Part shown: in pieces, positions 1-8,565 of the stretch
Layout of the letters: every line of letters starts with the position of its first letter
Position numbering within the stretch: position 1 is the first letter of the stretch
Assembly: GCA_004297205.1 (NCBI GenBank)
Contig: SCUL01000002.1
Coordinates: forward strand, 594,893 to 658,892
From: Patescibacteria group bacterium
GTDB taxonomy: Bacteria > Patescibacteriota > Patescibacteriia > 2-12-FULL-57-11
Direction: 5' to 3'
DNA length: 64,000 nt
Position numbers and translations under genes: made by a program
The notes under the pieces: model-generated
Databases searched by the model: none
What the model saw: only the letters and a program-made list of their open reading frames with translations
What the model was told of the DNA's origin: nothing

Positions 1-158
1 AGAGAATGCGCCTGCGCGAAGCCGGACGGCTCGATCCAACGATAGGCAGTGTCCGGCCGAAGCTCGAGGCGGTTCAACGCAAAGACCGCAAAGACGTTTA
101 CGATCACGAGCCAGACGCCGACAATGACAAGCGCACGCTTGTCGAACCGGTTGTTCAT
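1..158 (-). CDS. 5' part of a membrane protein (runs off window), possibly a GT-C/mannosyltransferase-like protein
   Basis: Manual translation from ATG at 158: MNNRFDKRALVIVGVWLVIVNVFAVFALNRLELRPDTAYRW..., N-terminal TM helix, no stop before window edge. Confidence 0.5.
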   Translation of the reverse strand, partial: MNNRFDKRALVIVGVWLVIVNVFAVFALNRLELRPDTAYRWIEPSGFAQAHS

Positions 159-192
159 ATTACTGACAGGATACCGCAGCGGGCCGAGCAAC

Positions 193-630
193 TCACGCCT
201 TTTGCGGCTCGTCGATGAGCGTCTGACCGGAGACAAAAGCGGCGAGCAGCGGTCGGTGTGACGGAAAGACGTTGTCGGGGAGCGACGTCAGCGCGATGAA
301 CCGCCATTCCGAGCAGCGGTCGGGCTCACAGAGCCTCGGTTCCCCGGCCAGCCGTTCTGCCAGAAAAGCGGTTTGCAGATAATGGTCTCCACCGCTCAGG
401 CCGGTGTTTGAGACACCCATGAAACGGTAGGCGTCGGCGTGCAGCCCTGTTTCCTCTTTCAGTTCCCGAGCCGCGGCACCGACAAGCGACTCACCCAACT
501 CCAGGTGGCCACCTGGCAGTCCCCAGGTTCCCGCGCCAAAACAATTCCTCCGCAGGCCGAGCAGAACCGACCCATCGCGGATGACGATGACGTTCACGCC
601 AATCTGAAATCGCATCGATGAGTCGGGCAT
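193..630 (-). CDS. NUDIX hydrolase
   Basis: Nudix box GGHLELGESLVGAAARELKEETGL. Confidence 0.9.
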   Translation of the reverse strand: MPDSSMRFQIGVNVIVIRDGSVLLGLRRNCFGAGTWGLPGGHLELGESLVGAAARELKEETGLHADAYRFMGVSNTGLSGGDHYLQTAFLAERLAGEPRLCEPDRCSEWRFIALTSLPDNVFPSHRPLLAAFVSGQTLIDEPQKA

Positions 631-723
631 GAGGCTGTAACGATTCTCATTCTATCGGTCAGCCAGTATTCCTAGTAGGGAAACTTTCAATACAAAACGC
701 CGCTCCGGATGGGAGCGGCGTTT

Positions 724-797
724 TGGTGGACCTAAGCAGAATCGGACTGCTGTCTCCGCAATGCGAATGCGGCGTACTACCACTGTACGATAGGCCC
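724..797 (-). tRNA. tRNA-Ala(CGC)
   Basis: Cloverleaf GGGCCTA/TAGGTCC with G3.U70, anticodon loop TT-CGC-AT, ACCA end; T-loop TCCGATT is non-canonical; followed by terminator hairpin 694-724. Confidence 0.88.
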
Positions 798-978
798 GCG
801 TGGTAATGCGCGCACAGTGTACGTCTGTCCCCAAGCTCAGTCAACTCTCCTCCTTGACATACCGTGCATTTTACGACACAAATATTATCAACAGATAATA
901 CAACTTCTTCAATATCCATCGCGTGAATAGCAAATTCTGCTTCTCGATTGTCCACACGATAAGCACACTGAGGACAAC

Positions 979-994
979 TGTTTCACGTGAAACA
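979..994. promoter_or_regulatory. parS site
   Basis: Perfect TGTTTCACGTGAAACA palindrome (ParB/Spo0J consensus). Confidence 0.9.
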
Positions 995-1019
995 TTCTGC
1001 TCTCAGCGCCTCTCCCGTT

Positions 1020-1035
1020 TGTTTCACGTGAAACA
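1020..1035. promoter_or_regulatory. parS site
   Basis: Perfect TGTTTCACGTGAAACA. Confidence 0.9.
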
Positions 1036-1064
1036 AAACACCCACCGGATCGGTGAGTGTTTTG

Positions 1065-1140
1065 TGGTGGACCGTAAGGGATTCGAACCCTTCACCTCTT
1101 CCATGCCATGGAAGCGCTCTACCAAATGAGCTAACGGCCC
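1065..1140 (-). tRNA. tRNA-Ala(GGC)
   Basis: GGGCCGT...ACGGTCC-ACCA, anticodon GGC, TTCGAAT T-loop, G3.U70. Confidence 0.95.
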
Positions 1141-1196
1141 GTGGATAAGTTGTGACTGTCGTTATTTGTCTACACAAGCGTAGACATTTGTTCTTC

Positions 1197-1271
1197 TGGT
1201 GCCCCCGGCACGAATCGAACGTACATCCACCCCTTAGGACGGGGTTGTTCTATCCGTTGAACTACAGGGGC
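1197..1271 (-). tRNA. tRNA-Arg(CCT)
   Basis: GCCCCTG...CGGGGGC-ACCA, anticodon arm ACCCC-GT-CCT-AA-GGGGT. Confidence 0.92.
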
Positions 1272-1379
1272 TAGGGAATGAGGCGCGAGAGCTTGCTCTC
1301 AGCGCCGAGCGAGTGCAGGCTCCGTATCGGTCGCTGCGCCCGATACGGGGTACATCGGCTCGATGAGACTTTCACAAAT

Positions 1380-1395
1380 TGTTTCACACGAAACA
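1380..1395. promoter_or_regulatory. parS site (2 mismatches)
   Basis: TGTTTCACACGAAACA. Confidence 0.75.
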
Positions 1396-1402
1396 ATTTG
1401 GA

Positions 1403-1418
1403 TGTTTCACGTGAAACA
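1403..1418. promoter_or_regulatory. parS site
   Basis: Perfect TGTTTCACGTGAAACA. Confidence 0.9.
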
Positions 1419-1577
1419 TTTTCTGGTCTCTCAACCAGAAAACCACTGCGCTCAAGAAAATTCGCTCTACTCTAGAAAGAGTATGCGTCGCAAAACGATA
1501 GACTGTGAAAAGACCGCAACACCACAGGCCGAAAAACGTGTGCTAATATTACGGCACCATCTGAACCGGGTCAATCT

Positions 1578-2531
1578 ATGGACGTGGGGATTTCCGTACT
1601 TATCGCCGCCCTTCTCCTCGGAGGCCTCATTGTTGCCGTATTTTTACTGATCCGCCGTCAGCTCACCGACATGTCGTCAGCCCGCTCAAACGACCAAACC
1701 GTGACCATGCTGAACCAGAATATGGTGGGCATGCAGCAACGGCTCGACGCCACGAACCAGGCCATCAACCAGCGGCTTGATAAGGCCGCGCACGTCATGT
1801 CGGGACTCATGAAGGAAGCCGGCACCATGAACGAGATCGGCCGCTCCATCAAGGAGTTCCAGGAGTTCTTGAACTCCCCAAAACTCCGTGGTAACATCGG
1901 CGAACAAATCCTGGCGGATGCTCTGGGACAGGTCTTTGCAAATGAGCAATACGAGCTGCAATTCAAGTTTCGGGAGGGGCAGACGGTCGACGCGCTGATC
2001 AAGTCGGCACAAGGCTACATCCCCATCGACTCTAAATTTCCGCTCGAAGATTACCGTCGCGCCGTTGGACTCGAGGATCCCGCTGCACGGAAAGCAGCGC
2101 TTCACGACTTCGAACGCGCCGTGCGCAAGCACGTCGACGACATCGCCAAAAAGTACATCCTGCCGCACGAAGGCACCGTCGACTTCGCGGTCATGTACGT
2201 GCCGTCGGAGAGCATCTACTACGAGATCATCCTGAACAGCGAGGAGCTGATGACGCACGCCCGCTCCCGACGCGTCATCCTGGTTTCACCGAACACCTTC
2301 TTCCACTTCCTGCGCGTCATCATGATGGGATTGGAACGAACGCAGCTTGCTGAGGAATCGAAACGGATCTGGGAACTGTTGCGCGGCATCCAGCAGGACA
2401 CCACGAAGTTCAGCGAATCGCTGGGGCTCGTGGCGCGCCACCTCACCAACGCCAAGAACGCCATGGACAACGCGTCCACCGAATACGGACGCCTCTCAAA
2501 TCGCATCGATCAGGTCAAACTGCTCAAATAA
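1578..2531 (+). CDS. rmuC: DNA recombination protein RmuC family
   Basis: N-terminal TM helix, coiled coil, motifs KLRGNIGEQIL, IPIDSKFP, KKYI...TVDFAVMYVPSE, VSPNT. Confidence 0.9.
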   Translation: MDVGISVLIAALLLGGLIVAVFLLIRRQLTDMSSARSNDQTVTMLNQNMVGMQQRLDATNQAINQRLDKAAHVMSGLMKEAGTMNEIGRSIKEFQEFLNSPKLRGNIGEQILADALGQVFANEQYELQFKFREGQTVDALIKSAQGYIPIDSKFPLEDYRRAVGLEDPAARKAALHDFERAVRKHVDDIAKKYILPHEGTVDFAVMYVPSESIYYEIILNSEELMTHARSRRVILVSPNTFFHFLRVIMMGLERTQLAEESKRIWELLRGIQQDTTKFSESLGLVARHLTNAKNAMDNASTEYGRLSNRIDQVKLLK

Positions 2532-2543
2532 CCATCATCAGTC

Positions 2544-2816
2544 ATGCCGATTACGCACGCCGCTGCCAAAGCGCAGCGCAAGGGCGCCAAACAGCGCGCC
2601 CGCAACGTCGCCGAGAAGCAGGGGATCGCCAAGATCCTGAAGCAGGCCCGCAAGGCGCTCGACGCCAAGAAGAACGACGAGGCCGCCAAGCAGGGTCGCG
2701 CCGCCATCAAGGCCATCGACAAGGCCGTGGCCCACGGGATCATCAAAAAGAACACCGCCGGCCGGCTCAAGAGCCGCCTGGCCAAGCGGATCAACGCCGC
2801 CGCCAAGGCCAAATAA
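2544..2816 (+). CDS. rpsT: 30S ribosomal protein S20
   Basis: IDKAVAHGIIKKNTAGRLKSRL motif, basic 90 aa. Confidence 0.95.
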   Translation: MPITHAAAKAQRKGAKQRARNVAEKQGIAKILKQARKALDAKKNDEAAKQGRAAIKAIDKAVAHGIIKKNTAGRLKSRLAKRINAAAKAK

Positions 2817-2817
2817 C

Positions 2818-2847
2818 AAAAACACCCCGCCAACGCGGGGTGTTTTT
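2818..2847. terminator. Bidirectional intrinsic terminator
   Basis: AAAAACACCCCGC-CAAC-GCGGGGTGTTTTT between convergent rpsT and holA. Confidence 0.85.
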
Positions 2848-2850
2848 GAT

Positions 2851-3822
2851 TTAGACGCACTGCGCGAGGATTTGTCGTAAGGCGTCTTCGGCGGCGAAGC
2901 GGCCGCGCTTGATGCCGGCATCGGCATTCAGAAGCGCGTCATGAAAACGGCGGACGCGGACGGCGGAAAGCGCTCGCGCCTGGGCGAATGTCTTCTTGGC
3001 CACAAACGGGTGGACGCCGAAGGACGAGGCCAGCGCCTCCGGCCCGCCGCTGCCGGCGTCGATCAGCGAACGGGCGGCGGCGAGCAGCCGCGCCTGGCGG
3101 ATGAGCATGGCGAGCAGGGCGAAGGCGTCATTGCCGGCCGCGAGTTCGCGCTCGAGCAACGTCGCACCAGCCCGGGTGTCGCCGGCGCCCACGGCATCGG
3201 TGAAGGCAAAGGCGTTCTCCTCCAGATGGCGTTCCACGAGCAACGCAACATCTTCACGCATGATCGGAACGTCGCTGCGCCAGGCGGCAAGTTTGGCCAC
3301 TTCGCCGGACATGCGCCACAAATCCGGACCCACGGACACGGCCAAGAGCTCGGCGGCGTCGCTCATGATCTGGCGGCCGGCGCGCGCCGCTTCCTCGGCA
3401 ATCCAGGCGCGCAGCGGCCCGGGGGCGAGTGGGGGGAAGCCGTACTCGACGATGGCGCTTTTCGGCAGCGCCTTCTGAAGCGCTTTCCGGAGCGGATGCT
3501 TAGCGACCGCTTCTTCGGAGATGACGTCGGATAAGACAACAATCAGCTGCTCGGCGTCGTGAGCGGCAAGCGCCGCGGCGTAGGGCTCCATGGCTTTCTC
3601 GCCCTTCCGGGAAAACAGCCCTTTCACAACGACCAAGCGTCGGCTGGCGAGGAACGGTTGGGTCCGCACCGCCGATGACAGCTCTTCCGGCGAAAGCGCG
3701 CTGCCGTCGCGCAGGTCTACGTTCATGCCGGACTGGTCGAACTTGGCGCGGAAGGCGGTTACCAATTCATCGCGCTTCTGGGCGACGCGATAGCCGTCTT
3801 CGCCATGCACCAAGATGACCAT
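2851..3822 (-). CDS. holA: DNA polymerase III delta subunit
   Basis: VILVHGED start, PFLASRRLVVVK, VGPDLWRMSGEVAKL, GVHPFVAKK. Confidence 0.9.
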   Translation of the reverse strand: MVILVHGEDGYRVAQKRDELVTAFRAKFDQSGMNVDLRDGSALSPEELSSAVRTQPFLASRRLVVVKGLFSRKGEKAMEPYAAALAAHDAEQLIVVLSDVISEEAVAKHPLRKALQKALPKSAIVEYGFPPLAPGPLRAWIAEEAARAGRQIMSDAAELLAVSVGPDLWRMSGEVAKLAAWRSDVPIMREDVALLVERHLEENAFAFTDAVGAGDTRAGATLLERELAAGNDAFALLAMLIRQARLLAAARSLIDAGSGGPEALASSFGVHPFVAKKTFAQARALSAVRVRRFHDALLNADAGIKRGRFAAEDALRQILAQCV

Positions 3823-3833
3823 AGGCGCCCATC

Positions 3834-4569
3834 CTACCCCGGCCTCTGCATGACAATCCAGGCCATGCCGACCTCCGGCGGTTCGCGTCCGTCGATGCGC
3901 CGCGAAAAGAAGCGGTCCGGCTGGCAGGCAGTGCAGGGCGGCTCCGCGCTGACCAGTGCGGCGGCGAGTCCGGCATCAAGAAGCGCCCGGACGGCGGCAC
4001 GCCGCAGATCCAGCACCTGATCACAGACCACCGCTGCACCGAAGCGTTCAGAAAACTGGGCCCGGCGGTCCGCGTCAACTGCGTAGTGGCAGGGACCGAC
4101 GGACGGGCCGACCTCGACATGCAGGTCCTCTGGTCGGGATCCGAGGGCGGTGAGCGCGTCGACCGTCGCAGCCAGGACGCCGCGGGGCGCAGCCACGAGT
4201 CCGCGCCAGCCGGCGTGCGCCAGGCCGATCGCGCCCAAAACCGGATCAAAGAAATACACGGGAAGGCAATCCGCGGCCGTGATGGTCAGCACGATGCCGG
4301 GAGTCGTGGTCACGAGCGCGTCGCTCTGCGGGAACAGGGCGTGTCCCTCCTGCAGCGTTTCTTGCCCGGTGACGGTGCCGACGGCCGCACCATGCACGGG
4401 CAAGGGAGCGGCAATCGTGGTGCCGGGAACGCGCGCGGCCAAGTATGCGCGGCTTGCGCAGCATGTCGTCCTGGACCACGCCGTCGGCGCGCAGGCGCAT
4501 GTCGCCGTCTTCGCGCAGCGTCATGCCGGCCGAGAGGCGCGGTTCGTCCGTCCAGATGAGGTGGGGCAT
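3834..4569 (-). pseudogene. pgeF: YfiH/PgeF (polyphenol oxidase/purine nucleoside phosphorylase-like) family gene split by a frameshift near 4453
   Basis: N-terminal part in ORF 4246..4569, conserved body (VHG, DALVT, ADCLPV, HAGWRG, GPSVGPCHY, CTAC, FFSRR) in ORF 3834..4442; frames differ by 1 nt. Confidence 0.75.
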
Positions 4570-4641
4570 GGCAGGAATCTACCACATTCCCGCGGCCGAC
4601 TGGAAAGTGTATGCTGCGTGTGTACACATCACCCCGTCGTT

Positions 4642-5409
4642 ATGAATCCCCAATGGCACAAACACTTACGCTCCCTCGGTTTCACGGACAGCGAAGCCAA
4701 GACCTACCTTACCTCCGTTGAAACCGGGCCATCCTCGGTGCAGGACCTGGCCCGCAAGGCGCGCATTTCCCGTGTCACGGCCTATGCCGCGATCGAGGAG
4801 CTGATGCGCAGCGGGCTGATGAGTACGGTGCAGCGCGGCAAGAAGCAGCTCTACCAGGCCGAGTCGCCGGAGCGGCTGCGCGCCGTGGCCCAGGAACGCG
4901 CCCGCTCCATGCAGGCGCTTGCTGCCGAAATCGACGACGCGGTGGCCGATCTCAAGCTCGTCCAGCGTGGCGAAAAACCGGTCGTGAAGTTGTTCGAAGG
5001 CAAAGAAGCGCTCAAGGCCATCCAGGGTGACTTGCTGACGAGCGGCATCAAATCGCTCGATGAGATCTACAACGGAGACGATCTTTTCTCGCTGTACCGC
5101 GACGAAGAAGAGCTCATTCCCACCAAGGTCGAACTCGGCAAACGGAAAACGTACGCCCGGACCATCATGCAATCCAAGCAGCGGCGCCTCGGCGTCCATG
5201 CCTTGAATCCCGTGTTGACGTTGCCTGCGGACGCTCCGGAATTCCATGGCGACATCCTGGTCTACGGCGACAAGGTGGCGCTGACCAGTCTGCGCGGCAA
5301 GCAAATTTCAGTGCTGATCGAGAGCGCCGACATCGCCCAGACCATGCGTGCCATGTATGAGCTCCTGTGGCGTGCGTTGGAAAAAAACCAGTCGCCCACC
5401 ACGCTATAA
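4642..5409 (+). CDS. TrmB-family transcriptional regulator (HTH plus PLD-like sensor domain)
   Basis: LRSLGFTDSEAKTY...LARKARISRVTAY...LMRSGLM...YQAESPE; C-terminal ILVYGDKVAL...LIES; start moved to ATG 4642. Confidence 0.88.
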   Translation: MNPQWHKHLRSLGFTDSEAKTYLTSVETGPSSVQDLARKARISRVTAYAAIEELMRSGLMSTVQRGKKQLYQAESPERLRAVAQERARSMQALAAEIDDAVADLKLVQRGEKPVVKLFEGKEALKAIQGDLLTSGIKSLDEIYNGDDLFSLYRDEEELIPTKVELGKRKTYARTIMQSKQRRLGVHALNPVLTLPADAPEFHGDILVYGDKVALTSLRGKQISVLIESADIAQTMRAMYELLWRALEKNQSPTTL

Positions 5410-5432
5410 AGATTTGTTCACTCGAACTAAAC

Positions 5433-5464
5433 AGAAAAACCGCCGATATTCGGGGGTTTTTTCT
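5433..5464. terminator. Intrinsic terminator
   Basis: AGAAAAACCGCCG-ATATT-CGGGGGTTTTTTCT. Confidence 0.75.
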
Positions 5465-5469
5465 TTCTT

Positions 5470-5780
5470 GTACGGCACCCCCTGACAGCGTCGTCTCCGG
5501 GTGCTAGGGTCCGTCGTTCGGTTGCCGGCTGTTTTTGTCGGCCCCGAACGTGCAGATGCGGACCCACCGGGCCATGGGGGTTCGCGCTCTGCCTAAGCCC
5601 GTCAGATGGGAGAGATGATGGGTTTGGGCAGAGGAGCGCATCCTGGGACTCGTACCAGCCACACGGACTACCCCGCGCGAACGGCCGGCTCATGCCGGCG
5701 CATCGCGCAGAATGGCGGACCGACCCTTATGGGACGATCCGACAACCGCCTTCCCCCCGGCGGCAATAGGGGGTTCTTTT
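5470..5780 (+). ncRNA. Putative structured non-coding RNA, family unknown
   Basis: Consecutive long helices with G-U pairs on + strand (GGGTCCG/CGGACCC enclosing GTTCGG/CCGAAC; GCGCTC-TGCCT-AAGCCCGTCA / TGATGGGTTT-GGGCA-GAG-GAGCGC); no credible ORF. Confidence 0.5.
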
Positions 5781-8481
5781 ATTCCAGCTCCCGCATCTCG
5801 CCCCAGTTGGCGCCGACCTCGACGTTGACGACGATCGGCACGGCGAAGCGGTGAACCTTTTCCATTTCTGCGGAAACGAGCGACGCCAATTCCTTGACGT
5901 CGCTCTTTTTGACTTCAAAAACCAATTCATCGTGCACCTGAAGCAGCATCGCCGCATCGAGCTTCTCTTTCTTGAGGCGACGATCCACCGCGATCATGGC
6001 CAGCTTCATCAAATCGGCTTCGGCGCCCTGCACCGGGTGGTTGATGGCCATGCGCTCGGCACCGGCGCGTACGAACGGGATGCCGCTCGTGATTTCCGGG
6101 AGGTAGCGGCGGCGGCCGAAGACCGTTTCGACGTACCCTTGCTTCCTGGCCAGCGCCTTCTGCAGATCCATGAATTCACGGATCGCCGTATGCACTTGGA
6201 AGTACTTGGCGAGCGCGGCCTTGGCCTCGGCAAAACTCATGTCACCGGACTGGGCCAGCCCCTGGCTGCCCATGCCGAAGATGATGCCGAAGTTGATGGC
6301 CTTGGCCTTGCGCCGCATGTCCCGGTCGACCTTGTCCGGCGTGACCTCCCAGATTTCGCAGGCCGTGCGCGTGTGGATGTCCTCTCCGGCATTGAAGGCT
6401 TCGATGAAGCTCTTGTCGCCGGCGAGCGAAGCCACGATGCGCAGTTCGATCTGCGAGTAGTCGGCGGAGAGCAGGAGCGTGCCGGGCGTAGCCACGAAGG
6501 CCTCGCGGATGCGCGGGCCGTAGGAGCCGCGCATGGGGATGTTCTGGAGGCCGGGGTCGGTCGAGGACAGGCGGCCCGTCGCGGCCACGGTCTGATTGAA
6601 GGTGGTGTGCAGCCGCCCGTTTTTATCGACGAGCGTCGGCAGTGCGTCGACGTACGTCCCCGTCAGCTTGGTCAGTTCGCGGTAGTCGGAAATGAGGTCG
6701 ATGATGGGGTGGAGCCCGCGCAGTTTTTCGAGTTCGGAAGCGGCCGTGGACAGGCCGGCGCCGGATTCGGTTTTGCGGATGCGGTCGGTCGGGATGCGCA
6801 GCTTCTCGAACAGCACCTCCTTGAGCTGGGCAGGGGAGTTGATATTGAAGTCGCCGCCCGCGATCTCGTGGATCTTCTCGGTCAGGGCATCGATCTTTTT
6901 GTGCATCTCCGCCGACAGCTTTTTGAGGTACGCCGTGTCGAGCGTGATGCCGACGTGTTCCATCTCGGCCAGGATCGGAACCAGCGGCATCTCGATGCGG
7001 CTGAGAAGATCCTCTTGGTGGCGCTCGGCGATGTCTTTACGCAGCACCGGCACCAGCGTGGCCACGGCTTCGGCACGCGCCGCGGCGGCCGGCACGATCT
7101 CCGCCATGTTCGGCACAAGCAAGCGCCCCTCCGCGGTCGGCACGGACGGCAGTTCCTTGCCCATGCGCTCCAACCATTCGGCGTCGAGACCGTGGCTGCG
7201 GGTGCCCGGATTCAGGAGATACGACAGGATGCCGACGTCGGCCGAGACGGGGACGAGCGCCTGGCCGGAGGCGAGCAAGAAGCGCAGGAACGGCTTAGCG
7301 TCGGCGAACCAGTTCTCCCCGGAGCCGAGCGCCTCGATCAGCGGCGCCGCGTGTTGTCCGGAAACGACGATCGTGGTTTTTCCATCGGAGACGGCCAGCG
7401 CCTCGGGCGTTGCCGGAAAAATCGCGCGCGCCTTCATGGCGGCGACGGTGTGGGCGGCATCTTTGGCGGCCGCCGCAGTTTCCACGATCTGCCGCTCGCC
7501 CTGCGCAACGCGGCCTTTCTTTCCTGCTACGCGACGCGCCTCCGGAGCTGCGGGCTGCTCACTTTCCTGATGGCCATCAACAAGTTGCGGGGGGATGCGC
7601 CCGATGAGCGTCCGGAAGCCGAGCGCGCCGAGCGCCGCCACGGCATGCTCGCGCGGCGCCGGTTTGAGCCTGGCATCCTCCCAGGAAAAACCGGTGTCGA
7701 GGTCGCGCACCAGGGTCACGAGCTTCTTGCTTTCCGCGGCGGCTTCGACGCCGGAGGCGAGCTTCTCCAGGATGCCCGGCTTGGCCGCGACCTTGTTCTT
7801 CTTGAGCGCGGCGAACATCTTCTCGATCGTGCCGTGTGCGGTCAGGAGTTCGGCGGCCGTCTTCTCGCCGATGCCTTTGACGCCGGGAATGTTGTCGGAC
7901 GGGTCGCCGCGTAGCGCCTTGTAGTCGACCATCTGCTCCGGATCGAGGCCGTAGCGGGCGCGGACCTCGGCCGGGCCGTACTCCACGGTGTCGCTGATGC
8001 CTTTTTTCGGGGTCAACACGTGTACGCGGTCCGTCACGAGCTGCATGGTGTCCATGTCGCCCGTAAGGATGGTGACGCGCGTGTTCTTGCGGCGCGCCGC
8101 GAGCTCGGCGATCGAGGCTATGACGTCGTCGGCCTCGAAACCGGGGGCTTCGTAGACGGGGAGGCCGAGCGTTTTCAGGACCTCTTTCAGAATCGGAATC
8201 TGCGCGTACAGTTCGTCGGGCTGCTTCACGCGCGTCGCCTTGTATTGCTCGTACGCTTCGTGGCGGAAGGTCTTGCCGGCCTTGTCGAAGGTCACGGCGA
8301 GCGCCGCTGGGGTGCGCGATTTGAGGACGTTGAACAGGAGCGAGAGAAAGCCGTAAACGGCGTTCACGATGGTGCCGTCTTTGGTGGAGAGCGGCGGCAA
8401 GGCATGCCAGGCGCGGTGCAAGAGCGCGTTGCCGTCGATGATCAGCAATTCCTCCCTGTTGGCGGCGGATTTCTTGGCCAT
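5779..8481 (-). CDS. polA: DNA polymerase I
   Basis: 5'-3' exonuclease LLIIDGNALLHRA, GDPSDNIPGVKGIGEKTA; polymerase motifs ADYSQIELR, AKAINFGIIFG, LQVHDELVFE; proofreading domain degenerate. Confidence 0.97.
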   Translation of the reverse strand: MAKKSAANREELLIIDGNALLHRAWHALPPLSTKDGTIVNAVYGFLSLLFNVLKSRTPAALAVTFDKAGKTFRHEAYEQYKATRVKQPDELYAQIPILKEVLKTLGLPVYEAPGFEADDVIASIAELAARRKNTRVTILTGDMDTMQLVTDRVHVLTPKKGISDTVEYGPAEVRARYGLDPEQMVDYKALRGDPSDNIPGVKGIGEKTAAELLTAHGTIEKMFAALKKNKVAAKPGILEKLASGVEAAAESKKLVTLVRDLDTGFSWEDARLKPAPREHAVAALGALGFRTLIGRIPPQLVDGHQESEQPAAPEARRVAGKKGRVAQGERQIVETAAAAKDAAHTVAAMKARAIFPATPEALAVSDGKTTIVVSGQHAAPLIEALGSGENWFADAKPFLRFLLASGQALVPVSADVGILSYLLNPGTRSHGLDAEWLERMGKELPSVPTAEGRLLVPNMAEIVPAAAARAEAVATLVPVLRKDIAERHQEDLLSRIEMPLVPILAEMEHVGITLDTAYLKKLSAEMHKKIDALTEKIHEIAGGDFNINSPAQLKEVLFEKLRIPTDRIRKTESGAGLSTAASELEKLRGLHPIIDLISDYRELTKLTGTYVDALPTLVDKNGRLHTTFNQTVAATGRLSSTDPGLQNIPMRGSYGPRIREAFVATPGTLLLSADYSQIELRIVASLAGDKSFIEAFNAGEDIHTRTACEIWEVTPDKVDRDMRRKAKAINFGIIFGMGSQGLAQSGDMSFAEAKAALAKYFQVHTAIREFMDLQKALARKQGYVETVFGRRRYLPEITSGIPFVRAGAERMAINHPVQGAEADLMKLAMIAVDRRLKKEKLDAAMLLQVHDELVFEVKKSDVKELASLVSAEMEKVHRFAVPIVVNVEVGANWGEMRELE

Positions 8482-8565
8482 ATCGCCTGGCATCGTACCT
8501 GTCTGCGGGTAATAAAAAAAGCGTCCCGCCGTGGCGGGACGTCCGGGACCGAGGGGACCAGGCGC

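Noticed and set aside
652-1177. ORFs 659..955, 652..834, 923..1129 and 983..1177
   Set aside because: They overlap tRNA genes, promoters and parS palindromes (which translate as VSRET/FHVKQ); not real proteins
5470-5780. Group I intron, tmRNA, RNase P or SRP identity for the structured region
   Set aside because: GACTA/TAGTCC occurs only once with no partner P7 strand; no tRNA-like ends or tag ORF; no GAGGAAAGUCC; no SRP GGAA/AGCAG motif
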